This document shows, piece after piece, positions 46,930-56,914 of a stretch of 64,000 nucleotides of DNA (its first letter is position 1; each line of letters starts with the position of its first letter). The notes under the pieces were generated by a model, which was given only the letters and a program-made list of their open reading frames with translations, was not told the origin of the DNA and ran no database searches. Origin of the DNA: Chloroflexota bacterium (GTDB lineage Bacteria; Chloroflexota; Limnocylindria; Limnocylindrales; CSP1-4); NCBI GenBank assembly GCA_031373765.1, contig JANMNF010000024.1, positions 4,780 to 68,779 of the forward strand. The letters run 5' to 3'. A program made the position numbers and the translations under genes.

Positions 46930-48153
46930 GCCCCGATGCCCAGCCAGATGCCGACACCGATGCTCGATCTCGCGGGCGGCCCACCCGGACGACCGGGAAT
47001 CTCGAGCCAGACCGCAGCCCAGCTCGAGGCATGGTTCCGCGACCGCGGCGAGCCGACCTTTCGAGCGCGCCAGGTCCTCGATGCCCTCTGGCGATCGGAA
47101 GCCGCATCACTCGATGCCGTCTCGACGCTGCCTTCCGAGCTGCGGACCGCGCTGGCTTCGTCGTTCGCCTGGGACACCGTGTCCGACTCGGAGTTCGTGT
47201 CGGCCGATGGCGGTCGGACGGAGAAGGCCCTTCATCGGCTCGGTGACGGAGCCGCCATCGAGAGCGTCCTCATGCATTACCCGTCCGGATCCGACCGACG
47301 CGAGCGGAACACGCTGTGCATCTCGAGCCAGGCCGGCTGCGCGGTTGCCTGCCCGTTCTGTGCGACGGGTGAGCTCGGGTTCGGGCGGGATCTCCAGACG
47401 GCCGAGATTCTCGATCAGGTCCGAAGCGCTTCGCGCCGCCTCGTCGCTCGTGGCCGGCGACTGACCAACATCGTGTTCATGGGCATGGGCGAACCGCTCC
47501 TGAACCTCGATCGCGTGCTTGAGACAGTCGAGGCCTTGAACGATCCGGGTCGGTTCGGCCTCGGGGCGCGGCATATCACCGTGTCGACGTCCGGAGTCGT
47601 ACCCGGGATCCGGCGCCTGACCGCGCTCGGGCCGCAGTTCACGCTGGCCGTGAGTCTCCATGCGGCCCGCGATCCGCTGCGTGACGTGCTCGTGCCGCTC
47701 AACCGACGCTGGCCGGTCGCCGAGGTCGTGGCCGCCGCGAAGGAGCACGCCGTCGCGACGGGCCGTCGGATCAGCTATGAGGTGACGATGATCGGCGGCG
47801 TGAACGACACCGATGCCGATTCGGATGCCATGGCGGAGTTGCTCCGGGGTACGCTCGCGCATGTGAACCTGATCCCGATGAACCCGGTCGCGCACACGCC
47901 GTGGACCGCCAGTCCCATGCCCGTCATCGAGCGGTTTGCCGAGCGGCTGCGCCGGGACGGTCTGCCCGTGACCATTCGGCGGAACCGGGGGCAGGAGGTC
48001 GGCGCCGCCTGTGGCCAATTGGCAGCCGACCGTGCAGGAGCGCCACCGGTGGCCGCCGTCGCTCGTCGCCGAGCGCGGCTCGAAGCGACGTCCGCAGCGG
48101 CGCTTCGTGGGGAACGCAGTGCCGAGGGCCTTCCCAGCGGAGTGGACGCCTGA
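46930..48153 (+). CDS. rlmN: 23S rRNA (adenine2503-C2)-methyltransferase RlmN (radical SAM)
   Basis: CAVACPFCATG radical-SAM cluster motif and the N-terminal FRARQVLDALWR helix. Start chosen at MPSQMPT; the ORF track starts at 46867. Confidence 0.85.
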   Translation, partial: APMPSQMPTPMLDLAGGPPGRPGISSQTAAQLEAWFRDRGEPTFRARQVLDALWRSEAASLDAVSTLPSELRTALASSFAWDTVSDSEFVSADGGRTEKALHRLGDGAAIESVLMHYPSGSDRRERNTLCISSQAGCAVACPFCATGELGFGRDLQTAEILDQVRSASRRLVARGRRLTNIVFMGMGEPLLNLDRVLETVEALNDPGRFGLGARHITVSTSGVVPGIRRLTALGPQFTLAVSLHAARDPLRDVLVPLNRRWPVAEVVAAAKEHAVATGRRISYEVTMIGGVNDTDADSDAMAELLRGTLAHVNLIPMNPVAHTPWTASPMPVIERFAERLRRDGLPVTIRRNRGQEVGAACGQLAADRAGAPPVAAVARRRARLEATSAAALRGERSAEGLPSGVDA

Positions 48154-49211
48154 TGACGCCACGGAGCAAGGTCGCGCCGACTCCACCGAAAACGCTCGGC
48201 CGGGCCCGTGTTGCGGCGAGCATCCTCGATGCCGACCTCGGGAACCTCGCTCACGCCGTTCGTCGGGCCGAGAAGGAGGGTGCGGACCGCATCCATCTCG
48301 ACGTGATGGATGGCCACTTCGTCCCGAACCTGACCTTTGGCCCCAGGACGATCAAGGCGCTCCGCCGTCGGACACGACTGCCGCTCGATGCTCACCTGAT
48401 GATCTCCGAACCGGATCGCTACATCGACGAGTTTCTCGATGCCGGCTGCGATTCGGTGACGATCCATGTCGAGATCAAGCGTCCCATCGAGCCAGTTCTG
48501 CGCAAGATCCGGTCTGCCGGGAGGGCCGCCGGATTATCACTCCGCCCGGGGACCCCACTGTCGGCCCTGGAGCCGTATCGCAAGCTCCTCGACATCGTCA
48601 TGGTCATGACCGTCGAGCCCGGGTTCGGCGGGCAGGCGTTCATGGCCGACGTTGCGCGTGAGAAGGTTCTGGCTGCGCGCGAGCTTCTGTCCCACAAGCT
48701 CCACGGAGCTGAGGTCCACGTCGATGGAGGGGTCAGCCGCGATACGGCGGAACTGATCGGCGGGCTTGCGGCCGATGTCCTCGTCGTCGGTTCGGCGCTC
48801 TGGATCAAGGGCCGCGACATGGGACGGGAGATTCGGCTCGTCCGGGCTTTGGCCGACGAGGGCTACCAGTATTCCCTCAACCATGGCGTGCCACCCATCC
48901 CGCGAGATCGCATGGTCACCTTCGCGACGCTTCCACGTCACCTGGCGCGGACCCTTCAGGGCGAGATTGAACGGTCGGGTATCCCGGCGTTCGTCTTCCG
49001 ATCCGGCCCCCTGGATCTCGACGCCCGGGACGAAGAACGTGATTGGGATCTGCTTCTGCCCGCGTCCGCGGAGGAGGCGGCGCGCGAGCGCTTCGCCCAG
49101 CGTCGAGATACGTTGCTGGTCGATGCCGCTGCCTGGCGTGCCGCCGGGATGCCGACGCCACCGTTCGTCCCGGCGCCCCTGCCGCCCCAACCGAACGAGG
49201 TGGTCCAGTGA
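48153..49211 (+). CDS. rpe: ribulose-phosphate 3-epimerase with ~130-aa C-terminal extension
   Basis: Canonical Rpe over the first ~220 aa (HLDVMDGHFVPNLTFG, VMTVEPGFGGQ). It is followed in-frame by an unassigned Pro/Arg-rich C-terminal region. ATGA overlap with the rlmN stop. Confidence 0.75.
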   Translation: MTPRSKVAPTPPKTLGRARVAASILDADLGNLAHAVRRAEKEGADRIHLDVMDGHFVPNLTFGPRTIKALRRRTRLPLDAHLMISEPDRYIDEFLDAGCDSVTIHVEIKRPIEPVLRKIRSAGRAAGLSLRPGTPLSALEPYRKLLDIVMVMTVEPGFGGQAFMADVAREKVLAARELLSHKLHGAEVHVDGGVSRDTAELIGGLAADVLVVGSALWIKGRDMGREIRLVRALADEGYQYSLNHGVPPIPRDRMVTFATLPRHLARTLQGEIERSGIPAFVFRSGPLDLDARDEERDWDLLLPASAEEAARERFAQRRDTLLVDAAAWRAAGMPTPPFVPAPLPPQPNEVVQ

Positions 49212-50455
49212 GCGAGGACACGCCGTCGGTCGTGGAGGAGACGCTGCCGATCATCAAGGAAGCGCTGCCTGCTGAACCGAATGCCGATCTGCATCGCCGA
49301 AACGACCGGCTGCTGCTCTTCACCATCGTCGGCTACGTGGTCGTCTTGTCGGGCCTGATGATCGTGAGCGGCGTCTCGATCACGCCGGACGTGATGCTTG
49401 TCGCCCTCGGGTTGGCTGCGGTCATTCTCGGTCGCGGCCGCCTGTTCATTCGCGACTGGGTGCCGTTCATCGGCCTGTTCCTGGCGTACGAACTCATGCG
49501 CGGCTACGCGGACGATCTCAATCGGGTGATCCATGCGGCCGATGTCCTGGCCATCGAACGGGCTCTGTTCGGCGGCCTGTTGCCGACCCAGATCCTCCAG
49601 GAGGCATTCCATCCCGCGTCGGGTCTGGACGTCTTCGCGATCGCCGGCACGGTCTTCTACTTCCTGCATTTTCCGCTCCCGATCGCGGTCGCATTCCTGC
49701 TCTGGGTGCGGCGACGGCGCGCCTATTACGACTACGTTGCGGCGCTGATCCTGCTGTCCATGGCCGGATTCGCGACCTACCTCATCCTGCCGGTCGCGCC
49801 GCCCTGGTGGGCCGCCGAGCATGGCCTGATCCCGGGTCCGGACGGCGTGCCGGCGATCACGTACCTGAAGGCCCAGGGCTTCAACGACCTCGCCCGCCTG
49901 TTCGGGTTCGAGGGCCGCTACCTGTTCAGCTACGCGATCTACGAGGTCAACCCGAACCAGGTTGCGGCCTTCCCATCACTCCACGCGGGCTATCCGTTCC
50001 TGGCCTTCCTGTTCGCTCGGCGGGCATTCGGGCGGCCAGGCTGGCTGATGCTCGCGTACGCGGTCTGCGTCTGGTTCTCGATCGTGTACCTGGCCGACCA
50101 CTATGTCGTCGATGTCCTTGGTGGCCTCGCCTATGCATCCATTGCCTACGCCGCGATCGTCCACGCTCCGGGCTGGTTCCGAAGGTTCGTTGACCAGGCC
50201 GCCAATCCGGCCGTCGATGCCGAAGTCCGCGACGGCGAGGCCGGCGACCAGGGTGCGTTCCGTCGAGCCGCGGGCAGGGTTCGATGGGCCGTCGTCCGAC
50301 AGGGCGCGTTGATCGCCGTGGTCGGTGCCGTCGGCGTGATCGGCATCGTCAGGGCCGATTGGTTCGGCGGCGCATCGTCGCCGGTGCTGCTCATCCCATG
50401 GGCGATCACCATTGCCGGAATCTGGCGGGCGGCGCTCGGCGCCACGTCGCGCTGA
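49208..50455 (+). CDS. PAP2-superfamily membrane protein (inositol-phosphorylceramide-synthase/PAP2_3-like)
   Basis: Multi-TM protein with PAP2 motifs …[10 protein letters not shown]… and …[13 protein letters not shown]…. GTGA overlap with the rpe stop. Confidence 0.6.
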   Translation: MSEDTPSVVEETLPIIKEALPAEPNADLHRRNDRLLLFTIVGYVVVLSGLMIVSGVSITPDVMLVALGLAAVILGRGRLFIRDWVPFIGLFLAYELMRGYADDLNRVIHAADVLAIERALFGGLLPTQILQEAFHPASGLDVFAIAGTVFYFLHFPLPIAVAFLLWVRRRRAYYDYVAALILLSMAGFATYLILPVAPPWWAAEHGLIPGPDGVPAITYLKAQGFNDLARLFGFEGRYLFSYAIYEVNPNQVAAFPSLHAGYPFLAFLFARRAFGRPGWLMLAYAVCVWFSIVYLADHYVVDVLGGLAYASIAYAAIVHAPGWFRRFVDQAANPAVDAEVRDGEAGDQGAFRRAAGRVRWAVVRQGALIAVVGAVGVIGIVRADWFGGASSPVLLIPWAITIAGIWRAALGATSR

Positions 50456-50922
50456 TGCGCGCCCTGCTCCAACGGTGTTCAAGGGCTTCTGTTCGCGTCG
50501 ACGAGGAGCTCGTGGCGGAGATTGGGTCGGGCCTCGTCGCCTTCGTCGGTGTCGGGCACAGCGACGATGAAGCGACCGCCGACGCGCTCGCGCGCCGGAT
50601 CGTCGAGCTCCGGATCTTCGCGGATGAATCCGGGCGAACGAACCGCTCGCTGCTCGATGTCTCCGGCGCGGTCCTGGTCGTGAGCCAGTTCACGCTGTAT
50701 GCCGATACCTCGAAGGGGAGGCGTCCAGGGTTCACGGACGCGGCGCCGGGCGAGACTGCCGAACGGCTCTACGGCCGGGTAGCGGCACAGTTGGCAGCCC
50801 TTGGCGCGGCCAGGGTGACCACGGGTCGGTTCGGGGCCGAGATGGCCGTGGAGCTCGTGAACGACGGACCGTTCACGATCTGGCTGGACACGGAGGACGG
50901 CCGGACCCGCGAGCGGACATGA
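50455..50922 (+). CDS. dtd: D-aminoacyl-tRNA deacylase
   Basis: SQFTLYAD motif and a C-terminal NDGPFT(I) motif. The ATG overlaps the PAP2 stop. Confidence 0.85.
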   Translation: MRALLQRCSRASVRVDEELVAEIGSGLVAFVGVGHSDDEATADALARRIVELRIFADESGRTNRSLLDVSGAVLVVSQFTLYADTSKGRRPGFTDAAPGETAERLYGRVAAQLAALGAARVTTGRFGAEMAVELVNDGPFTIWLDTEDGRTRERT

Positions 50923-50983
50923 AAAGGACCGGACGCTTCGCGGCCGGTCGTGGTTCGTGCGGTCCGGACGAGCCGGACGAGTG

Positions 50984-51181
50984 CTAGCGAGCGCTCTTGG
51001 TGAGCGTCCGGCGGCAGCGGGTGCAGGCCAGGATCTTCTTGGGCGTGCCACCCTCGTTGGTGGTCAGTGGCTGAAGATTCGGCTGAAGGCGGCGATGGGC
51101 GCGAACACGGTTCATGCCCGACGACTGGGGATTGAAACCGCCCATCGACACTTTGCCGCAGATTGCACAGGAGCGAGCCAT
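50984..51181 (-). CDS. rpmB: 50S ribosomal protein L28 (zinc-binding C+ form)
   Basis: MARSCAICGK…CTRCRR with two CxxC pairs. 65 aa. Confidence 0.85.
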   Translation of the reverse strand: MARSCAICGKVSMGGFNPQSSGMNRVRAHRRLQPNLQPLTTNEGGTPKKILACTRCRRTLTKSAR

Positions 51182-51306
51182 GTTGTTCCTCGGAGTGGGT
51201 TTCGTGGAGCGTCCGAGCCGTTGGGCCCGATCGGGGCGGTATGATAGCACGCACTCAGGGCCGCTCCGACGCTCGGCTCGCCCCTCGCTGACGAGGTCTT
51301 CGCCTG

Positions 51307-51726
51307 TTGCCTACTGACGAACTCCCCGGCCGAGCCCTCGCGACCCGCCGCGCGGCTGCCGACATCACGCGCGCCGCTGTCCTGGGCTCCTATGGCGTGG
51401 CAGGGTTCGAAGCCGGCGTCATCGAGCGGATCCACGCCGCGTTCGTGGGTCGAACGCCCGGTATCAGGATCGCCTTCGCTGGCAATGACCTCGCGATTCA
51501 TCTGACGCTGCGCGTCACGAGGGGTCTACCGGTTGCGGAGGTCGCGCGCCAGGTTGACTCGGCGGTCCGATACGGGATTCGACGCGCTTTGGGGCGCGAG
51601 GTCAACGATCTGCGTATCCGCATCGGCGGTTTCGATGCATCGCCCGGGACCCAACCGCCTGACGCACCCACGCACAAGGGGATGGGCAGTTCCGATCTTG
51701 CGGATAGCGGAACGGACGTCGCCTGA
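51307..51726 (+). CDS. Asp23/Gls24 family (alkaline shock) protein
   Basis: DUF322/Asp23 fold. Conserved position upstream of yloV and recG, divergent from rpmB. Confidence 0.7.
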   Translation: MPTDELPGRALATRRAAADITRAAVLGSYGVAGFEAGVIERIHAAFVGRTPGIRIAFAGNDLAIHLTLRVTRGLPVAEVARQVDSAVRYGIRRALGREVNDLRIRIGGFDASPGTQPPDAPTHKGMGSSDLADSGTDVA

Positions 51727-53432
51727 TGGCGCGACGCGCCTGCGACGGACGTGGTCTTCTCGGGGCGTTCCGGGCCGCGGTCGCGAACCTCGAGGCGCAT
51801 GTCGAGGAGATCAATGCGCTGAATGTCTTCCCGGTACCCGATGGCGACACCGGTACGAACATGCTGGCGACGGTGAAAGCGGCACTGATCGAAGCCGAGG
51901 GCGCCGGTGAGGGTGCCCGTGCGGAGCGCATTGCTGCTGCCGCCTCATTCGGGGCCCTCATGGGGGCACGTGGCAATTCCGGGGTCATCACGAGCCAGAT
52001 CCTCCGCGGTATCGCCGAGGCGCTCCAGGGCAAGGCGCGGTTCAACGGGCTCGACCTCGCGAACGCGCTCGATTCGGGCACGCGAGCCGCCTATGGTGCG
52101 GTCGCCAAGCCAGTCGAGGGCACCATCCTCACCGTAATCCGGGAGGCGTCGGCAGCCGCTGTCGCGGCCGCGGAGAAGCAGAACGACATCGAGTCCGTCC
52201 TCACCGTGACCCTCGATGCCGCCGAGAAGTCAGTCGCCCGGACGCCAACGCTCCTGGCCATTCTTCGTGAGGCGGGCGTGGTCGATTCCGGCGGACAGGG
52301 CCTGTATCGGCTGTTCCAGGGGGCCCTGTTGTTCATGATCGGTCGGGCACCCGAGTCCCCGACGGTCGCATCCGAGGCCGCTCCGAAACGGTCCGTCCTT
52401 GTTGCGCACGCCGATGAAGGGTTCGGGTACGAGACGATGTACCTCCTTCAGGCGCGGCCCGGCGAGCTGCTCGATGTGGATGCCCTGCGGGATCACCTCG
52501 AGTCCATCGGCGAGTCCGTGCTCGTGGCGGGAGACGCCCGAGCGGTCAAGGTCCACGTCCATAACGATCGTCCGGACAAGGTGATCAGCCACGGTCTCGA
52601 GATCGGGAGCCTGTCCAGGATCAGCGTCGAGAACCTCGACAATCAGGCTCGGGACGTCCGTGAGACCCGCGCCGCGGAGTTCACCGGGGAGGGGTCGAAA
52701 CCAGCGCCCAAGGGAACGATGGTCGCGTCAGGTCCTGAGCCTGCCGAACCTGAGCCGGCCACCCCGGACGCGGTCGTCCCCCTGGCGGTTGTGGCGGTGG
52801 CGGCGGGCGACGGGCTGGCGGCAATCTTCCGTGACTTCGGTGTGAGTCGCGTCGTCGTCGGGGGACAGTCCGCGAACCCGAGCACCGGCGAACTCCTCGA
52901 GGCGATCAACTCCGTGGCTGCCGACGAAGTCCTGATCCTGCCCAACAATCCAAATGTTGTGCTCGCGGCCCGGCAGGTAGCGCAGATGACGGACCGACCG
53001 GTGAGCGTCGTCGCCACGCGCAACGCTGCCGAGGGCTTCGCGGCCCTGTTGGCCATGGACCCGACGCTCAATGCAGGGGACAACGCCACGGCCATGACCA
53101 CAGCGGGCCGGGCGATCCAGACCCTGTCTGTGACCACGGCCGTGCGCCACGCCACGATCGGAGGGGTGAAGGTCTGCGAAGGTCAGACGATCGTGCTGGA
53201 CCCCGATGACGGGCTGGTTGCCGTGGATGACGACGTCACCAAGGCCGTTCTCACGGCGATCGGCTCCCTCGCCGCGGGCTACGAGCTGATCACGGTCTAC
53301 TACGGCGAAGGCACCGATCTCAAGAAGACCGAGCTGCTGGCAAAGCAGATCGGAGAGGGCGCACCCGGAGCGGAGATCGAAGTGGTGCACGGCGGTCAGC
53401 CGCACTATCACTTCCTGATTTCCGCCGAGTAG
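51726..53432 (+). CDS. yloV: DAK2 domain fusion protein YloV
   Basis: N-terminal Dak2 motif FPVPDGDTGTNM and a C-terminal DegV-like domain. Conserved asp23-yloV-recG order. Confidence 0.8.
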   Translation: MARRACDGRGLLGAFRAAVANLEAHVEEINALNVFPVPDGDTGTNMLATVKAALIEAEGAGEGARAERIAAAASFGALMGARGNSGVITSQILRGIAEALQGKARFNGLDLANALDSGTRAAYGAVAKPVEGTILTVIREASAAAVAAAEKQNDIESVLTVTLDAAEKSVARTPTLLAILREAGVVDSGGQGLYRLFQGALLFMIGRAPESPTVASEAAPKRSVLVAHADEGFGYETMYLLQARPGELLDVDALRDHLESIGESVLVAGDARAVKVHVHNDRPDKVISHGLEIGSLSRISVENLDNQARDVRETRAAEFTGEGSKPAPKGTMVASGPEPAEPEPATPDAVVPLAVVAVAAGDGLAAIFRDFGVSRVVVGGQSANPSTGELLEAINSVAADEVLILPNNPNVVLAARQVAQMTDRPVSVVATRNAAEGFAALLAMDPTLNAGDNATAMTTAGRAIQTLSVTTAVRHATIGGVKVCEGQTIVLDPDDGLVAVDDDVTKAVLTAIGSLAAGYELITVYYGEGTDLKKTELLAKQIGEGAPGAEIEVVHGGQPHYHFLISAE

Positions 53433-53434
53433 GC

Positions 53435-55708
53435 ATGGCGGGCTCGGTCAACCGCGACGCTCGTCCGCCTAGCGGGCGCGGCTCCCCGAAGCGCGTGGCG
53501 AAGTCCCCGCGACCAGCCCCGCCGTCCGATCCGCTCGAACTCCTCGAGACGCCCGTCGGTCGCTCGGGGCTTCCGGGAGCCGTCGCCCTGTCGCGGACCG
53601 GTCGCCGGATCGGCGTGAACCTGGTTCGTGATCTGCTGTTTCGGGTCCCGCGCCGTTATGAGGACCTGCGCGAGATGCGCCGAATCGGCGATCTCGGCGC
53701 CGTCGCCGATGGCGAGATGGTTTCGGCGCGCGTTCGGGTCGGAGAGCTTCGCGTTGAGGCCTCGTTCCGGCGTCGCGTGCAGCGCACGATCGCGCGGCTC
53801 GAGGACGAGACCGGGAGCCTGGATGCCACGTGGTTCGGGCGACGCTTCATTGAGCGACGCCTGAAGGTCGGCGACTCGATCGTGGTCAGCGGCAAGCTGC
53901 GCCGATTCGGCTACCGGATGACGCTCGATAACCCGGAATTCCAGGCCGACGACGGCGCGGCACTCCTGCACGCCGGCCGGATCGTGCCGATCTACCGCCT
54001 CACCGCAGGACTGACTTCGGCATCGCTCAGGCGCGCGGTGCGCGGTGCCCTCGATGCCACGGCCGCCGCGTATCCGGAATACCTCCCGGCGAGCGTCCGC
54101 TCCGACGCGTTGCTCATCGACATCGGCGAGGCCGTCGAGGAGGCGCACTATCCGACGAGCTTCGAGCGACGTGACGCCGCACTCCGACGCCTCGCGTTCG
54201 ACGAGCTTCTCGCCCTCCAGATCGGGATGGTCGGCCGAAGGCGATCCAGGGTGGGTGAGCATGGACAGCCGATCCTGATCTCCGAAGCGCAGGCGCAGTC
54301 CATCAGTGACGCACTCCAGGCCGCCCTCTCGGCCAAGATCGGACGGTCGGTCTCGCTGACCCCGGATCAGTCGGTCGCAATTGATGTCGTTCGCGGAGAT
54401 CTGGCGGGCTCGACGCCGATGCTCCGACTCCTCCAGGGTGACGTCGGGTCGGGCAAGACCGCGGTTGCGGCCTGGGGGCTTGCCGCAGCCGCACTGTCCG
54501 GTCGACAGGGAGCGCTGCTGGCACCGACCGACCTGCTGGCACGTCAGCACCAGCGCACGCTCATCGATCTACTCAGCCCGCTCGGGATCGGCGTGGAGCT
54601 CCTCACCGGCTCGCTCAAAGCGGCGGATGCCGCTCATACCCGAGACCTGATCCGATCGGGCCTGGCCCGCGTCGTCGTCGGGACCCATGCCCTGATCTCG
54701 GAGTCGGTCGAATTCGCGGACCTCGCCCTGGCGATCGTCGATGAACAGCATCGGTTCGGTGTCGAGCAGCGGGCGGCTCTCGAGGCCAAGGGGGGGGGCG
54801 TGCCGCACGTCCTGCTCATGACCGCGACGCCCATTCCGCGGACCCTCGGCCAGGTCCTCTACGCGGACCTCGACGTCACCGATCTGCGGACGCCACCGGT
54901 TGGGCGCGTGGCGGTCCGCACCGGGATACGTGGCTTCGATGATCTCGATGGCACCTGGGACCGGGTCCGAAATGAAGCGGCACGCGGCAACCGCACATTT
55001 GTCGTCGTCCCCCTGATCGTTGAGAGCGACGCCGCGGACGAACCGGCCCTCGACCTCTTCGGGCTGCCGGACGAATCGGTCATCGCCTCGACCGCCGTGG
55101 CGGCGGAGGCGGAGGCGGTCCGCCTGCGCGCGCTCCTCGCCCCGCTCCGGGTTGGACTCGTGCACGGGCGGCTGAAGGCCAGCGACCGCGATGCCGAGAT
55201 GGCCCGATTCCGCGACGGGACGCTCGATGTCCTCGTCGGGACTACGGTCGTCGAAGTGGGCGTGGACGTGCCCGAGGCGACCATGATGATCATCCAGAGC
55301 GCTGATCGGTTCGGGCTCGCCCAACTCCACCAGCTGCGTGGCCGGGTAGGGCGGGGGACCGAGGAATCCTTCTGCGTCCTGGTCTCCGACTCGACCGACG
55401 AGACAGCACGAGCGCGCCTCGCGGTCATTCGCGATGAACGCGACGGGTTCACGCTGGCCGAGAAGGACTGGGAACTGAGGCGCGAGGGTGACGTCCTGGG
55501 CTTCGAACAGAGCGGGCTTCCGGGTCTCCGAGTGGCCTCGCTCCAGCGGGAGGCAGATCGGGCGCTTGCGGTCCAGGCCCGTGAGGTCGCCGAGGAACTA
55601 CTGACGACCGACGGAACGCTCCGAGCCGGCCACGACGCCCTCGCACTCGAGCTTCGCTCCGGGTGGCTCGCTCCGATCGCACGAGCCGACGCGGAGTCGG
55701 GGGCGTGA
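53435..55708 (+). CDS. recG: ATP-dependent DNA helicase RecG
   Basis: Wedge domain, Walker A GDVGSGKT, DEQHRFG box and the C-terminal helicase domain. Confidence 0.85.
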   Translation: MAGSVNRDARPPSGRGSPKRVAKSPRPAPPSDPLELLETPVGRSGLPGAVALSRTGRRIGVNLVRDLLFRVPRRYEDLREMRRIGDLGAVADGEMVSARVRVGELRVEASFRRRVQRTIARLEDETGSLDATWFGRRFIERRLKVGDSIVVSGKLRRFGYRMTLDNPEFQADDGAALLHAGRIVPIYRLTAGLTSASLRRAVRGALDATAAAYPEYLPASVRSDALLIDIGEAVEEAHYPTSFERRDAALRRLAFDELLALQIGMVGRRRSRVGEHGQPILISEAQAQSISDALQAALSAKIGRSVSLTPDQSVAIDVVRGDLAGSTPMLRLLQGDVGSGKTAVAAWGLAAAALSGRQGALLAPTDLLARQHQRTLIDLLSPLGIGVELLTGSLKAADAAHTRDLIRSGLARVVVGTHALISESVEFADLALAIVDEQHRFGVEQRAALEAKGGGVPHVLLMTATPIPRTLGQVLYADLDVTDLRTPPVGRVAVRTGIRGFDDLDGTWDRVRNEAARGNRTFVVVPLIVESDAADEPALDLFGLPDESVIASTAVAAEAEAVRLRALLAPLRVGLVHGRLKASDRDAEMARFRDGTLDVLVGTTVVEVGVDVPEATMMIIQSADRFGLAQLHQLRGRVGRGTEESFCVLVSDSTDETARARLAVIRDERDGFTLAEKDWELRREGDVLGFEQSGLPGLRVASLQREADRALAVQAREVAEELLTTDGTLRAGHDALALELRSGWLAPIARADAESGA

Positions 55709-56310
55709 CATCAGCGCGCGACGGAGCCGGAAGGGTCATCGCCGGAACGGCACGGGGTGTCCGCCTTGCTGCCCCGGGCGAGATGACTCGGCCCCTCTCC
55801 GATCGCGTCAAGCAGACCTTGTTTGCGATCCTGGAGCCGGCCTTGCGCGGAGCCACGATCCTGGATCTCTTCGCCGGCAGTGGCGCGGGCGGGATTGAAG
55901 GCCTATCGCGCGGGGCCGCCTGCGCCCTCTTCGTTGAGCAGAACGGGGCGGTGGTCGCGACCATCACCGAGAACCTCCTGCGTGCCCACCTGGCGGGCCC
56001 GAATGCCCGCATCGTGCAGCGTGAGGCGATCACGTGGCTGCGTTCGCCAGATGCGTTCGCGCATGGTCCGATTGCCGTCGCCCTCATCGACCCGCCGTAC
56101 GACAAGCCCGAACTCCTCCAGTCGGCCCTCGAGTTGCTCGGTGCCGAGACCTCGCCGATGGCTGAGGATGCGCTCGTGGTTGCCAAGCATTTCTGGCGCG
56201 ACCAGCCGGCGGACCGGATCGGGCTGCTAGCATCGGAGCGAGTTCGGCGTTTCGGCGACACCGCTCTTACCTTCTATCGAATGGCCAACAGGATGGAGGC
56301 ACAGCCGTGA
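55706..56310 (+). CDS. rsmD: 16S rRNA (guanine966-N2)-methyltransferase RsmD
   Basis: LDLFAGSGAGGIE SAM motif and a DPPY motif. GTGA overlap with the recG stop. Confidence 0.8.
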
Positions 56311-56822
56311 GGACCGCGGTCTACCCGGGATCGTTCGATCCGGTCACGAACGGTCATCTCGATGTGCTCGGTCGAGCCCTGGCCGTCTACGACCGCGTCG
56401 TCGTCGCGGTCATCGCAAACCCGCGCAAGCAACCCCTGCTGACCGTCGCCGAGCGCATGGCTGTCCTCGGCGATTCGATCCACGAAGCCGGCCTACCCGA
56501 GACGCGGATCGAAGTTGTCTCGTTCGACGGACTGACCGTCGATGCGGCGCGGGTGCACGGCGGCACGTCGATCGTCCGTGGCCTCCGCGCCGTCTCGGAT
56601 TTCGAGGTTGAGATGCAGCTGGCCCACAACAATCGGAAGCTGGCCCCGGATCTGGATACGGTCTTCTTCATGACGGCTGTCGAGCACGGCTACGTGAGTT
56701 CCAGCCTGGTGAAGGAAATCGCCTCGTTCGGGGGCGACGTGTCCGCGATGGTGCCCCGGAGCGCCGCCGGCGCGATCACCGCCGCGTTCGCTCGCGATCA
56801 ATCCACGACCAGCGTGCGATAA
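56307..56822 (+). CDS. coaD: phosphopantetheine adenylyltransferase
   Basis: YPGSFDPVTNGHLD (T/HxGH) nucleotidyltransferase motif. GTGA overlap with the rsmD stop. Confidence 0.9.
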   Translation: MRTAVYPGSFDPVTNGHLDVLGRALAVYDRVVVAVIANPRKQPLLTVAERMAVLGDSIHEAGLPETRIEVVSFDGLTVDAARVHGGTSIVRGLRAVSDFEVEMQLAHNNRKLAPDLDTVFFMTAVEHGYVSSSLVKEIASFGGDVSAMVPRSAAGAITAAFARDQSTTSVR

Positions 56823-56914
56823 TCGCCGCTGACTCGCCCCTGCTGGAGGTTAGCGCCCTGGACATCATCTTCCTCCTCGAGCGGCTTGAATCCCTGATCT
56901 CGAGTGGCAAGTCG

